Of a stretch of DNA of 64,000 nucleotides, positions 26,015 through 39,400 are shown piece by piece. The translations under genes were made by a program, and so were the position numbers. This DNA comes from Squalus acanthias (taxonomy: Eukaryota). Each line of letters starts with the position of its first letter. Positions within the stretch are counted from its first letter, which is position 1. Under the pieces are notes generated by a model. The model had not been told where the DNA came from and ran no database searches. It saw only the letters and a list, made by a program, of their open reading frames with translations. Location: positions 10,294,001 to 10,358,000 of the forward strand of contig CM059433.1 of assembly GCA_030390025.1 (NCBI GenBank). Direction: 5' to 3'.

Positions 26015-26835
26015 AGGCTGGATTTTACTCTTCATGGCAATGTACCGGCAGGGTGGGACTTCTGCCCATCCCTCCAACACCATCACAACCTCAACCCATT
26101 CTCCTGGGTCGAGGTTCATTACTTATGGGTGGTGGGATTCCCACAGCCAAGAGGGAGCCCACCAAGTACACTGAGGAAACTCTGGTGGTGCAGGGACACA
26201 GTAGCAATACTACAAGAGAAGACTTTTGATGGACCTTAAAGGGGCAAAAGAACCCTGAAACTGGCAAGAGCTGCAACCTTGGCAGAGACCACGGTCTACA
26301 TGGGTAAGTAATTGGGGCCAGATTGGTAGACATCTACAATACCCTGTGATGTAAGAAAACTACTAGGCACTTGGTCTAAGCGTTAAACAAAGCTTTAATC
26401 AACTGTTTTTCAACATGGAGGTCTAGTTGTGTCCTTCACTAGTTCCTGTTAAAGAATGTCCTGAGCAAGCTGGGCCCATGCCCGAGTATTTATACTCTCC
26501 CTGGACAGCGCCACCAGCAGGCTACCCTGTATTATTTCATAAGTCATTTTCACATGAATGACAAGATTCATGTCACCCTGTCCCTCCATTGCTGCGATTT
26601 GGGGACATTACTCCCACTCCTGCCAGCCCAACGCTGCCTTCCACCAGGCATTCCTAGGGAGCAGGCGGGAGGGAAATGGAATGAGAGGCTGGGCTCTGCT
26701 CTCCCACCTCCCCCAGTATTTACAATCGAGGTCGGGGTGGGTAGGCGACGATAGGCCTCAATGTCTCGTTTTCCTACCAATTTCTGCCACGATCCCACCC
26801 AATTCTGGGCAGGATAGCGGCGAATAATTCAGCCC
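26015..26835. mobile_element. Diverged Harbinger-type MITE
   Basis: TIRs AGGCTGGATT / AATTCAGCCC; flanks AAC/AAG. Confidence 0.5.
26345..26554 (-). mobile_element. Probable solo LTR
   Basis: TGTGA...TCACA termini; on the minus strand TATAAATA then ATTAAA in LTR order; 210 bp. No clear TSD. Confidence 0.55.
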
Positions 26836-26948
26836 AAGGAATCACCTGTGAGACACCTCTACTTTTCCATTCTTTTTACCCCATCACTTTAAACTTTCCA
26901 TCCTTAGAAAGCCTTTTCCACATTTCCCTTACAATTTTGGAAAATGTA

Positions 26949-27713
26949 GGCCCGTAATTTCCGATCGGAGGCTTCCTGCGTGCAGATGCCTCCTATCGGG
27001 AAAAAATCTACGCCCTTGCCTGAGGGCTCCCGAGGTCCGGACTCTTCTGCTCCTGAGCCTCTCCTGGTCCGCGCACGCAGAGGCCCAGGTATCCCAGGGG
27101 CGCAGGGCGGTTCGCAAGTGTCCCTGGGATCACGTGGGCCAGGCGAGCCAATGGGAGAAGGGAATCTCCCTTCATACTTTTGACAGGTGGACCCGTCAAA
27201 AGTATGAATGGGGATCACTGAAAAAAGACACTACAACATTAAATACATTTTTAAAAAACCATCACGTTTTTAAAATGAGTTAAAATGACATTAAATTAAA
27301 TATTTTAAACAAAAATTTAATTTTTTATAAAATGTAATTAAAGTTTTTTACAGAGCTAAAAATAAACTTACCTTTTTTAAAAGTATTTTTAAATTATAAA
27401 TGAGTGAATTTTTTTTTTTTTTTTAATTTTTTTTAAACTCATATGCTGGTAAAAGCAGGCCTTACACAGGCTTTTACCAGGCGTAAGATTTTTAAAGGAT
27501 TTCAGCGGGCGGAGGTTGTGCAGAAAGCGGAACTCTCCCCCCGCAGAGACCCTTCTCCAGGGCAGGCGGATGACTTGTCAAGAGAATTCTTGACAGATCG
27601 GAAGTGCCGGTTTTCAGCGCATGCGCTTCGCGCGCCTGAAACCGGCACTTGTGAGGTCCCTACGTGTGCATACGCACCTCGTACACACCCGTAGGGAGCG
27701 GAAATTATGGGCC
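26949..27713. mobile_element. Harbinger-type MITE with AT-rich core
   Basis: TIRs GGCCCGTAATTTCCG / CGGAAATTATGGGCC; flanks GTA/ATA. Confidence 0.75.
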
Positions 27714-27886
27714 ATAATGTTTCGAGTAGTTTTAGCTCAATGTTTTGAGCAATTTTAGCCCAAACATTTTGGCAGCTGGTAACTGTCGGGTTCTGTCAGA
27801 CCTTAGAGCATACTCAGTGAGTTGTTCAGTCAAGATATGAGGCAAGGTTTATACATTAGGTTAGCTTTGTGTGCTATATTTCTAAT

Positions 27887-28639
27887 GGGCCAAAAATTCG
27901 GCCCTTCCCAGGTGAGTACACAGTCCATACTCACCCGTAAAGCGTCCCGAAGTGCCGGTTTCCTGCATGCAGTGCGCATGCGCGGGAAACCGGAACTTCC
28001 GGTATGGTGAAGGGGGCGGTTCCTAGGTGAACCGCATGCACGGTAGAGGCTGCGCGCACGCAGCAAACTTAGATTTTTTTTCAGGTTTCTACGGGAGGGT
28101 AAGTATTGAAGAAACTACGCTTATAAAAAGGAGGCGCAGGACCCGTTTTCAACAAGGTAAGTGGTTAATTAAGTATAATTTAAAAAAAATTTCAACAGGT
28201 TTATCTTTTTTAGATACTTTAAAGAAAGGTAAGTTTATTTTTATCACTTTTAAAAAGTATTTAAATTTATTCAAAAATTTTAATTTTTGTTTAAAGTGGT
28301 TAATTTATTTAACTATAGTTATTTTATAAATGTGATGGTTTTTTTTGTAATTTATTTTAAGTTTAGCTGTTCTTTTGGGGCCGATTTCAATTCACAGATT
28401 TGACAGGTCTCCTGTCAAATCTATGAATGAAAGATGGTCTGCTGCCATTGGCTCTCCATGGCCCACGTGATCCCAGGGGACGCATCGCACTAACTGCGCC
28501 CCTGGGACACGCAAGCACTGCGCGCTGGCACTTGGAGCAGGCCCAGGAGCTGAAGTTCCCGTGGGCCCAAAACACAACGGCAGGCGCGGTAGGTAAGTGC
28601 ACGCGCGATCCTTACCCCGGAGAGGCGAATTTCTGGGCC
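27887..28639. mobile_element. Harbinger-type MITE with AT-rich core, inverted relative of 26949-27713
   Basis: TIRs GGGCCAAAAATTCG / CGAATTTCTGGGCC with AAT duplication (27884-27886, 28640-28642). Confidence 0.8.
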
Positions 28640-30094
28640 AATATTACCACCAGTCCATTATAAGACGCACACATTAACAAAGGCCAATGGCTCATTTCTG
28701 GTTCCTCAGCTGTTAAATTTCCATTATTACACGCTAACTTCTACTGGATGGTTTAACTCACCATCAGCAGTAAATTACCATGTGCAAGAGCAGAAAATAA
28801 TTCTCCTGCGCTTCGGTGGTAAATATGCACAGTCAAGGGGCTATATATATGCCGGCACATAGGCTGGTTCAGCTCCTGTAACGTCACAAAATATAATCTC
28901 TTGAGTGATTCAGAAAGCATATGAACATAATAAGAAAATATTGTGATATCTCATTGTTAATAAACTTACAAAAATACACTTGGACTTGCTCTAGTAATGT
29001 GACCTGCGAATAGAGAGAGGTTGCTCCAGCGGTTTTGGTATATCAGATGTTTCAGTGCAGGCCTATCTTAATTGCAAAATGCATTACAGCCATACTCACA
29101 TTTGAATATTTGGCAGGTGACTGTATTATAAACATGTTTCCTTTGATATTGGATTCAAGTACATAAAGTGTAACATTTACTATATTGCTGCATACCTCAG
29201 ATACATAAATGCAGATGGAAACACTACCACTATAAATGGCCACAGATGGCAAGTTGAACTAGCAGCTTTGTTAAAGGGTTCATTTGAGAACTATTGACAC
29301 ATGTGGAAAAAATTATAAAGGAATTATTAAAGTGCCAGTTCTTTTGACAAACTGCAGTGTGAGGCTTGAGAATGGACTTAAGTGACAAGGTAATTTCAAA
29401 AACTGCTTCAGTGGATTTTTTTTTATACAGTCTTGGCGTCCGTGGGTGCCTGAAGACCTTCATTAAAGTGACGGATAACACTGCTGGAAGAATCGTTTAC
29501 ATCGGGTTTTCAAACTGGGGTCCGAGGACCCGGGGGAGGGGTTCCACAAGGTCATCCGATTGCTGTCTGTCTGATCCCGGCACACCCCGTGGTGTGAGCA
29601 GCGACTTGAGAATTCTGCAATCCATCATTTTTTTTTCCTCGTTATTTGTTGACTTACTTTAGCTCGTTATTTCTGCTTCTGTCCGGTTAAAGCAAGCGGT
29701 TCTCTGCAATGGTCGCGCTCTTTTCTTCTGCATAGCGGGCACTAACTTTTGGACGTTTGGATGGGAGCAGCCCTTGCGTGTATCAATATTTGCAGCGGAT
29801 CCTTCGCACACAGAAAAACTTAAAAACCACTGGTGCACATCCTTATTCAGACGGAGCCAAGTCCACATCTGGATTGGGAATCGGAACAGTTGTGTAGCTC
29901 CTTGAAATATAATTGTCTGTTTGAATCCCTCCCTGCTACAATCAATTATCTAATGCGACGTTAGTTTTTCCCTCTTCCCAATTTTCTCAACTTGGTGATG
30001 CGTGCTGGGGTATGGTTCCTCACCCGAGTTGCCACTTTTCTCGTGGTAGCCCAGGCAGTGAGAGCCAATGACTATTCGGTGGCAGAACATTCTG

Positions 30095-30457
30095 ACAGGG
30101 CGAGACAGACTGGATGCAGGGAGGATGTTTCCCCTGGCTGGGGGGAGTCTAGAACGAGGGGTCCCAGTCTCAGGATACGGGGGTAGGACATTTAGGACTG
30201 AGATGAGGAGACATTTCTTCACTCAGAGGGTGGTGAACCTGTGGAATTCTCTACCACAGAAGGCTGTGGAGGCCAAGTCACTGAATATATTTAAGAAGAT
30301 AGATAGATAGATTTCTAGGCACAAAAGGCATCAAGGGGTATGGGGAGAGAGCGGGAATATGGTATTGAGATAGAGGATCAGCCATGATCATATTGAATGG
30401 CGGAGCAGGCTCGAAGGGCCGAATGGCCGACGCCTGCTCCTATTTTTCTATGTTTCT
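30095..30457 (+). mobile_element. CR1 LINE 3' end
   Basis: FRTEMRRHFFTQRVVNLWNSLP and (ctatgttt) tail. Confidence 0.8.
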
Positions 30458-30822
30458 AAACCAAGCCTAATTGCACTGTGCATTTTCCAGGAAGAGTCAC
30501 TGGACAGTGAGAAATGGCGGAAACCCTCGTCGATTTTTCTCTCCCCTTCCCTACTTTGCTACACCATTGCCCAGCTGAGTTAACACTGCACAGGCTGGTG
30601 ATTAACCTGGAATTTTCTGAACTGCATGGTTCAGCACCACACCACAAGCGCATTTACCTGTGCGCTATAAGCTCTAAGTCACAATAATGCCAGGATTCAG
30701 AAACGTGAACCTACACTTATCCGCTAGCATGTCATCACAAATCCAAAAATTACTCCAAATCAGATAAATGTAGGTATGTCCAATTAGCTACGATAAAGAT
30801 CCAATTCAGATTTGAAACGAAA

Positions 30823-31470
30823 GGGCCGATTTTAACGCTGCCCGCTCGGCAGAAACCAGTTGGGCGGGCAGTTAGAATCGCACAGAGACTTACCCGCCGA
30901 TGCCTCGCAGTCTTCAATTTTAACTTGCATTTCTGAGCAGGCGGGAAGGACAGCTGCCAAAACCCAGTGGGGGTCCTTCTTTAAATCTTCAGATCAGGCT
31001 CCGATTACATCACTGGGGCCCAACTGCGATTTTAACTAGTGATCTGAGCCGGGTTTTCCTTTCCCGGCCGGTGAACTTGGCAGGAAGAAGCGTCTGGGCC
31101 AGAAGAGATAAGTTTTTAAACCTTTTTTGAAACTTTCCTTGTGGGACCCGGAGGAGCACAAGGATTGTTTAGGCCTCCCCTGCCCTAGGCTCCCTTCCCC
31201 TTCCCAATCACGAGGCTCTCTCAAAACTCCCCTCCCGTGACTTACCTGAGTACCGAAGACCGTTGCTTCGGTCCCTGGCGGCGGCTTCCTGCGCCCAACA
31301 TTCCACTTCTGCTCTGTCGGCTTGCTGTCGCTTCCCACCACTTTCGGGCAGGCAACTGACTGGGGGCATGCAGACAAGTCCTAGGAGCTAAATACGCCCG
31401 GGCCTCAAACTGGCGCGGTCAGGCTGGCTTGTCATCCCATCTGATTCCTGCCCCGAATTAAAGTCGGGGC
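30823..31470. mobile_element. Probable Harbinger-type MITE
   Basis: Imperfect TIRs GGGCCGATTTTAAC / ATTAAAGTCGGGGC; TSD not clear. Confidence 0.5.
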
Positions 31471-31524
31471 TTTAAGTATTAGAGTTCATCCACACAAGTG
31501 GCACCATCAAGCAATTGCAGATCC

Positions 31525-34025
31525 TAGAATCATAGAATGGTTACAGCATGGAAGGAGGCCATTCGGCCCGTCGAACCCGTGCCGGCTCTCTGCAAGAGCA
31601 CTTCAGCCAGTCCCACTCCCCCGCCCTTTCCCCGTAGCCCTGCAAATTTCTTTCCTTCAGATACTTATCCAACTCCCTTTTGAAAGCCGTGATTGAATCT
31701 GCCTCCACCACCCTCTCAGGCAGTGCATTCCAAATCTTAACCACTCGTTGTGTAAAAAAGTTTTTTCTTACGTCGCCTTTGGTTCTTTTGCCAATCACCT
31801 TAAATCTGTGCCCTCTGTTTCTCGACCCTTCTGCCAATGGGAACAGTTTCTCTCTACTCTGTCCAGACCCCTCATGATTTTTGAACACCTCTATCAAATC
31901 TCCTCTCAATCTTCTCTGCTCCAAGAAGAACAATCCCAGCTTCTCCAGTCTATCAACGTAACTGAAGTCCCTCATTCCTGGAATCATTCTCGTAAATCTT
32001 TTCTGCACACTCTCTAAGGCCTTCACATCCTTCCGAAAGTGTGGTGCCCAGAATTGGACACAGTACTCCAGTTGGGGCCGAACCAGTGTTTTATACAGGT
32101 TCATCATAATTTCCACACTTTTGTACTCGATACCTCTATTCATGAAGCCCAGGATCCCGTAAGCCTTTTTAACTGTTTTCTCAACCTGCCCTGCCGCCTT
32201 CAACGATTTGTGCACACACACCCCCAGGTCTCTCTGTTCATGCACCCACTTCAGGATTGTACCATTTAGTTTATATGCCCTCTCCTCATTCTTTCTACCA
32301 AAATGTATCACTTCTGTGTTAAATTTCATCTGCCACGTGTCCGCCCATTTCACCAGCCTGTCTATGTTTTCCTGAAGTCTATCACTCTCCTCCTCACTGT
32401 TCACTATACTTCCAAGTTTTGTGTCATCTGCAATTTTTGAAATTGTGCCCTGTATACCCATGTCCAAGTCATTAATATATCTCAAGAAAAGCAGTGGTCC
32501 TAGAACCGACCCCTGGGGAACACCACTGTGTACCTTCCTCCAGTCCGAAAAACAACCGTTCACCACTACTCTCTGTTTCCTATCACTTAGCAAATTCCGT
32601 ATCCATGCTGCCACTGTCCCTTTTTTTCTATGGCTTCAACTTTGCTGGCAAGCCTATTATGTGGCACTTTGTCGAACGCCTTTTGGAAATCCATGTACAC
32701 TACGTCAACCTGCATTACCCTCATCAACCCTCTCTGTTACCTCATCAAAGAACTCAATCACGTTAGTTGAACACGATTTGCCTTCAACAAATCCGTGCTT
32801 GCTTTCCTTAATGAATCCACACTTGTCCAAGTGACTGTTAATTTTGTCCCTGATTACTCTTTCTAAAAGCTTCCCCACTCCCAAGGTCAAACTGACTGGC
32901 CTGTAGTTGCTGGGTTTATCTTTACACCCTTTTTTGAACAATGGTGTAACATTTGCAATTCTCCAGTCCTCTGGCACCACCCCCGTATCTAAGGAGGATT
33001 GGAATATTATGTCCTGTACCTCCGTGATTTCCTCCCTCAATTCCTTTAGCATCCCATCCGCTCCTGGTGACTTATCTACTTTAAGTATAGCCAGCCTTTC
33101 TAATACCTCTTCTTTATCAATTTTTATCCTATTAAGTATCTCTACTACCTCCTCCTTCACTATGTCTATGGCAGCATCCTCTTCCTTGGTGAAGACAGAT
33201 GCAAAGTACTCGTTTATTACCTCAGCCATACCCTCTGCCTCCATGCAAAGGTCTCCTTTTTGGTCCCTAATTGGTCCCACCCCTCTTACTACCCTTTTAC
33301 TATTTATATGGCTATAGAAGACTTTTGGATTACCTTTTATGTTGGCCGCCATTCTATTCTCGTACCCTCCCTTTGCCCCTTATTTTCTTTTTCACTTCTC
33401 CTCTGACCTTTCTATATATAGCCTGATTCTCAGATGTATTTGCAACCTGACATCTGTCATACGCGCTCTTTTTCTGCTTCATCATATTCTCTATCTCTTT
33501 CGTCATCCAGGGAGCTCTGACTTTAGTTGCCCTGCCTTTTCCCCTAGTGGGAATGTACCTCAACAGTACCTGAACTATTTCCTCTTTAAAGGCAGCCCAT
33601 TGTTTCATTACAGATTTGCCTGTCAATCTTTAATTCCAGTTTACCTGGGCAAGATTCCTTCTCATCCCACTGAAATTGGCCTTCCTCCAGCTAAACATTT
33701 TACTCTAGATTGCTCCCTGTCCTTTTCCATAGCTAATCTAAACCTTATGATACTATGATCACTGTTCCCTAAATGTTCACCTACTGACACTTGCTCCACT
33801 TGACCTACCTCATTCCCCAGAACCAGATCCAGCAATGCCTCCTCCCTCGTCGGGCCGGAAACATACTGATCAAGAAAGTTCTCCTGAACACACTTCAAAA
33901 ATTCTTCCTCTTCTCTGCCCTTAACACTATTACGATCCCAGTCTATATTAGGATAGTTGAAGTCCCCCATTATTACTACTCTATAATTCTTGCTCCTCTC
34001 TATAATTTCTCTGCAAATTTGCTCA
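31525..34025 (-). mobile_element. 5'-truncated CR1 LINE ORF2 (endonuclease end plus RT), frameshifted
   Basis: MGDFNYP..LDLVL..SDH, NYRPVSLT, GVPQGSVLGPLLF, ADDTKL and WNALP across ORFs 33662-33970, 33354-33626, 32705-33352 and 31541-32614. Confidence 0.9.
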
Positions 34026-35998
34026 TCCTGTACTGTTTGATTTTAATACAAGTCTGCCTAGCGATGTACTAACACCGTCTAAATTTCAGAGCACCCATCA
34101 ATATGAAACACAATCACTCTGATGTGAATTTCTGTTTGGGTTCCAAACGTGAAATACAATTGCTCCACAATAATATTATAATCCAAATTACCATCCACTC
34201 ACCTTTCACTTGGCCTTTTTTTTTATAGCATTAAATGCTATAAGTATGGAATCCATTTCCTTTTGGGTGTGCAATGCTAACATGGGGGGATATTTTGACT
34301 TTGTGCGATAGTGCAAAACAGGTAACAGCGTATTGGCAGCTCGTTTTACAGCTCTTCCATGCAAATGAAAATCTGGAGTGATGTAAAACAGGCTGCCGAT
34401 TCGCTATCACCATTTTTACACTATCACACAAAGTCAACATCTACTGCATGGTTTCTATATACTCTAAACAAACAGTTGCATTTGTATAGCGCCTTTCACG
34501 TGGTAAAACATCCCAAGATGCTTTATGGGAGTGTAATCAGACAGAAATTGACACGAAGCCCAAAGAATGAGATATTAGGACGGGCGACGAAAAGCTTGGT
34601 CAAATAGGTAGGTTTTAAGAAGCGTCATAAATGGGGTGAAGGAGTTGGTGTGGTGGCAAGGTTTAAGGAAGGAATTCCAGAGTTTAATTTAATTGAAGGG
34701 GGAGTTTAAGAGCTAAAGAGTAAATACCAAGCTAACAATGTACTTCAAAATCAGTAATACTGATTGCCATCTTAACAAAATCATTGTATTATAAATGAAA
34801 GGGCTTGAAAGTTTCATTTGTTTGTCTTATGATGTCACAAGGCATCATGCCATTGAATTAATCCTGGTAATAAAATCGGAGATATACACAAAGGACGCAG
34901 AACTTTTGAACCTTATGGTTTTAATAAGAGACCCATTAGTTGTCAGAATTTAAATGGTATGCTGTTAATCACCAAACTTATGGTTTAACTTTAAATATGA
35001 CATTTAACTATAAAATAAATAGCATTGCTATATACCCCTAACTTTCCCAAAAATATATGGCTTAAGTCATATTCCATATTATTCCCTCCGTCCCTGATGC
35101 ATTTTTATTCCATGTAATTTGAACACAGGTCTCAGAGTTAAGAGTTAAGTAAACCAAATTATCTCAGGACTAATTGGCACTAAGGTTGTTCATCTCACTC
35201 AAGACGCCACCAGGATAGCTGGTATATAAAATAGAAATACTCACACTGGGTCCAGTAAAGGCTGGTTTCCAGGGACTGGGGTTACCGCACATCTATGCTA
35301 TTCGTCTCAGCCACTCCACTTGATAGTGAATTCCACATTCTCACCACTCTCTGAGCAAAGACGTTTCTCCTGAATACTTATTGGATTTATTAGTATCTTA
35401 TTATGGCCCCTAGTTTTAGACTCCCCACAACTGGAAACAACTTCTCTACATCCACCCTATCGAACCCCCTTCATAATTTTAAAGACCTCTATCAGGTCAC
35501 CTTTCAGTCTTCACTATTCCAGAGTAAAGAGCTCCCGCCTCTTCAGTCTTTTGGATTATGATTCCTAAATGCACTGGTAAATGTGTAATTTTAGTGCGTT
35601 ACATCTGTGATACTGAAAGCCATTTAGAATTGATGCTTGAGATCAGATTAAATGACATGATGCTCAGAACGTTGCATTTAACAAGACACATTCCCAATTT
35701 CAAAACAAAATGCACCCAATTTGGATAACCAGAAATTATATACAATTTATCATAATTGTTTTAAGGCTATTGTCGGAGAATTGCAAGACCTATTATTCTT
35801 TTACAATCATTCAAAGTTAGCTGTAGGAAAGATTGTGCCACACTTCATTTGCTCTATTTTTGATTGTGCCAGGTTAGCATCACCAAAATAGCTACACCCA
35901 AGTCTGTTTGAGGATCCTGCAATAATTACACTGCCTTCCTACAGGATACCGGTGCAAAGAAGTATTCCTTTATAACCTCCAGTGCACCAATACCATTA

Positions 35999-36428
35999 TA
36001 TCCGCATGCCCGATACGAGACTCCCAAAACAAGCGCTCTACTCGGAGCTCCGACACGGCAAGAGAGCCCCAGGTGGGCAGAGGAAACGCTTCAAGGACAC
36101 CTTCAAAGCCTCCTTGAAAAAGTGCAACAACCCCACCGACACCTGGGAATCCCTGGCCCAAGACCGCACAAAGTGGAGGAGAAGCATCCGGGAAGGCGCC
36201 GAACACCTCGAGTCTCTTCGCCGGGAGCAAGCGGAAGCCAAGCGCAGGCAGCGCAAGGAGCGCACGTCAACCCAAGCACCCCACCCACCCGCCCCTTCAA
36301 CCACTGTCTGCCCCACCTGTGACAGAGATTGTAGGTCCCGCATTGGACTCATCAGTCACCTGAGAACTCATTTTTAGTGTGGAAGCAAGTCATCCTCGGT
36401 TCCGAGGGACTGACTAAGCAGAAGAAGA
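35999..36428 (+). mobile_element. RTE-clade LINE 3' end
   Basis: RMPDTRLPKQALYSEL..KRFKD..CPTCDRDCRSRIGLISHLRTH and (AAG) tail. Confidence 0.85.
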
Positions 36429-39400
36429 TTGGTAGTTTGGCAACAAATCCCAACCCTACCTCAAAGTGAAGGTAAGCATTAGCTGAATAAGAAAATGTAA
36501 TTGTAAATAATTCCTCACCAGGCCTGTTTTTGTTGATAGCAGTTTTGGACGATCAGCCCATTTGGGTCTGTGTTTATTACAACATCTTGCGTTTATATGG
36601 CACTTCTAATGTAGAAAAATGTCCCAAGGTGCTCACAGAAATGCAATCAGGAAAAAAATAATAATACTGAGCCAAAAGAGATATTAAAAGGGTGACCACA
36701 ACTTTGGTGGAAGAGATGTGTTTTAAGGAGGGTCTTAAAGGGAGGAGTGTCTGGTGGAGATGCGGAAGGGTTAACAGAGGGAATTCCAGTCTGTGGGGCC
36801 TAGGCATGATGGTTAGAGAAGTGTTGTGAATACCACACCTGGCAAAACTGCATTTCTGGAAATCTGTCCAAAATGGTGGGGTTAGTGTCCTCTGCATTTT
36901 GATGGCCGTAATATTTATATATTTGAAAATGGCTACCAATTTTCTTTGGCAATTCAGCAGCTGCTGATTCTTAGCACCCAGCTCGATATCATGTTGTCCA
37001 TCCTTTAGAATCTTTAATCATCACAGTAATGCAGGCTATATTCATTGTTTTGCACTGCAGTAAGTAGGAATTACATTATTACCGAGGATGATTTTTCTTT
37101 TACTTATCAAGGTTAGGAATCAGACCTGGAAGTTGGAATCGTTTTCTGCTTTCAGCATCACAGCACAGGTCAAATTCAAAGAAAAGTACTGTCTACTCTG
37201 CTGCAACAACATGTCTTACGGGGGTGGGGGAGAAATCCAGAGAAAACTCATAAAAAATTTAGTGAAAAGGGGGGATATTGTAAAAACTCGATCCAATTTC
37301 AATAAGGAACTTTATATATGTATATAAAAAGCGACTCTATCTAAAGTTATGCATGCTGGAGGGCAATACAGTGCTGAACTTAAATTTATCAGGAATCTGT
37401 GCTGACATGTGGAGTACGGGAACCAGCATCAAGCATAGTTATGTCAAAGCAAAATAACAGAGGAATTGGGGAATGGTTGTGGCAGTCTCAGTAAATGGAA
37501 ATGGCATTGGATTAGTCAAAAAGCAACTTACTGAAGATACATTGAGATATAATTCTGGGTTATGTTATCCACAACATTGAGGGAAGGGTCACAAATGTGT
37601 TTCCTGCACTATTCCTTTCACACCCACGTGAGAGGAATACCTCTACAACGGCACTGTGAATTTTCTTTATTTTCCCCACATTAGTGGTATTTGTGTCCTG
37701 TCTAAGTTGCATTGCCAATGCAGTACCAACCCTATGTTGAACTCTGAACAATTTTGCGCTGCGGAACGCAGGAGGAACTAAATTGAAATTTTCCAATTTT
37801 GTTATAAACAGCATCCTTACAGACAACAGAGAGATTTCCATCAGGCGAGGCGGGATTTGAACAAAACCCAGAGGTGAAAAAAACAAACTTTGCAAGCGGA
37901 ATGTGACAATTGACTTATCTGACCGAGCAACTCGCTGTTTTCACATTTTTAAAAATGCCAATGCACATGTGCCCAGTAGTTATGGTATTCAAGTAATATT
38001 AATATAAAAACTAGTCTTCAGTCTTAACTAACAAATATCGTAAGGCTTCCTCTGGAGGGCAAGTTTTGCCACTTTTCCCTGTGAGGGGAATACTCACGTA
38101 CATTTCACAGCCGGTTGGCCAAGGGAGAAAAAGTATGAATGGAGAGAGCCACAAACTGGCGGTCCTACCCCTGCCTTGCTCTATTCACACTTTCACCTCC
38201 ACTAATTTTTAAAGACAGAATTTAAAAGTTAAAATACTTTTACAGTATTGGTTAAATGCATTAATGTTTGCATATTATTCAACGCTGCTTCAAAACTGAT
38301 TTATGTATGTAGTGCTTGGGATAACTACATAGATTGATGTTGAAATATGCATATATATATATATGAGAAAAAACATAACCACAACAATTATCCAAATATT
38401 TGCTTTTTGGAAAAGGTCAGGTACACAGTAACAACTCCAGATGATTAAATCACAACTCTCATTTGAGTGGTTTCAACACTGTAAATCATTTCTGCTCCCC
38501 TTCCCTTGAGTGTCCAAATAGTCACCTAAAGCAGGGTGCCCAAACCACAGCCCATGGGCCAAATACAGCCCATGAAACCCTGGCCACTCAATTTACTTTT
38601 AAGCTTAGGATTCTTACTCGCTGGTTGGTGCTGCTGAATTTCACGGGACTGGAGATTGGCAAATGGCTGTTTCCAGCGCTGTCGCCTCATTGCTGAATAA
38701 TCCTAAACCGGAATACCCAACAGTCTGCTTGTTTGTATCCGCAACTTGAGACGTATGCAAATCGATAGGAACGTTGATTTAAACATTGTACATGGTCCAT
38801 GCGATTCCAAGCTACGCACCTAAACCCATGAAGACAGAAAGAAGCACTTCCAGTCCTTTGCTATAAATTGCCCCGCCCCCCCACAGAAAATGTCCATCGT
38901 ATCTTTCTGAGATATACGTGATTGTCCTTTTTTTAAAATAAAAATCACTTTTTCCATCCCTCCATAAATCACCCCTCAATCAGATTGGGCAGAACTGTCC
39001 TCAGCATCTTTGACTGTCACCTTATCCAAGAGGTGTGTTCAAATCCGATTAGCCCATCAGGAGTCTGGCTGGGCTGTCGATCACCATCATTGAACCTGTA
39101 GGTGTGATTGACGTGGGAAATGAAGAAACAGCAACTTGCAGTGTGTTGGTTTTTTTTTGGGGGGGAGGCAGGAAATGTGATAGGCGGCAGTGGGGGGAGG
39201 GGATGTCTGTATAAACTTGCAGGATTGTGGTTATACTCCTGAGTGTCTCTAGACCAGCACCTTGGTTGTTGGCGGTACAGTATTAAGTGGTTTTCAATAA
39301 TCATTGGTTAAAAGAAACCTTTGAAACATCTTATTTGCTCTTTTAAAATTAGGTTTAGAGGCCATATAATAATTTGAAACGAGTACAAATTTAAGAAGTG

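Noticed and set aside
29500..29832. hAT-like MITE
   Set aside because: The termini resemble CAG(T/G)GGTTTT inverted repeats, but no 8-bp TSD was found.
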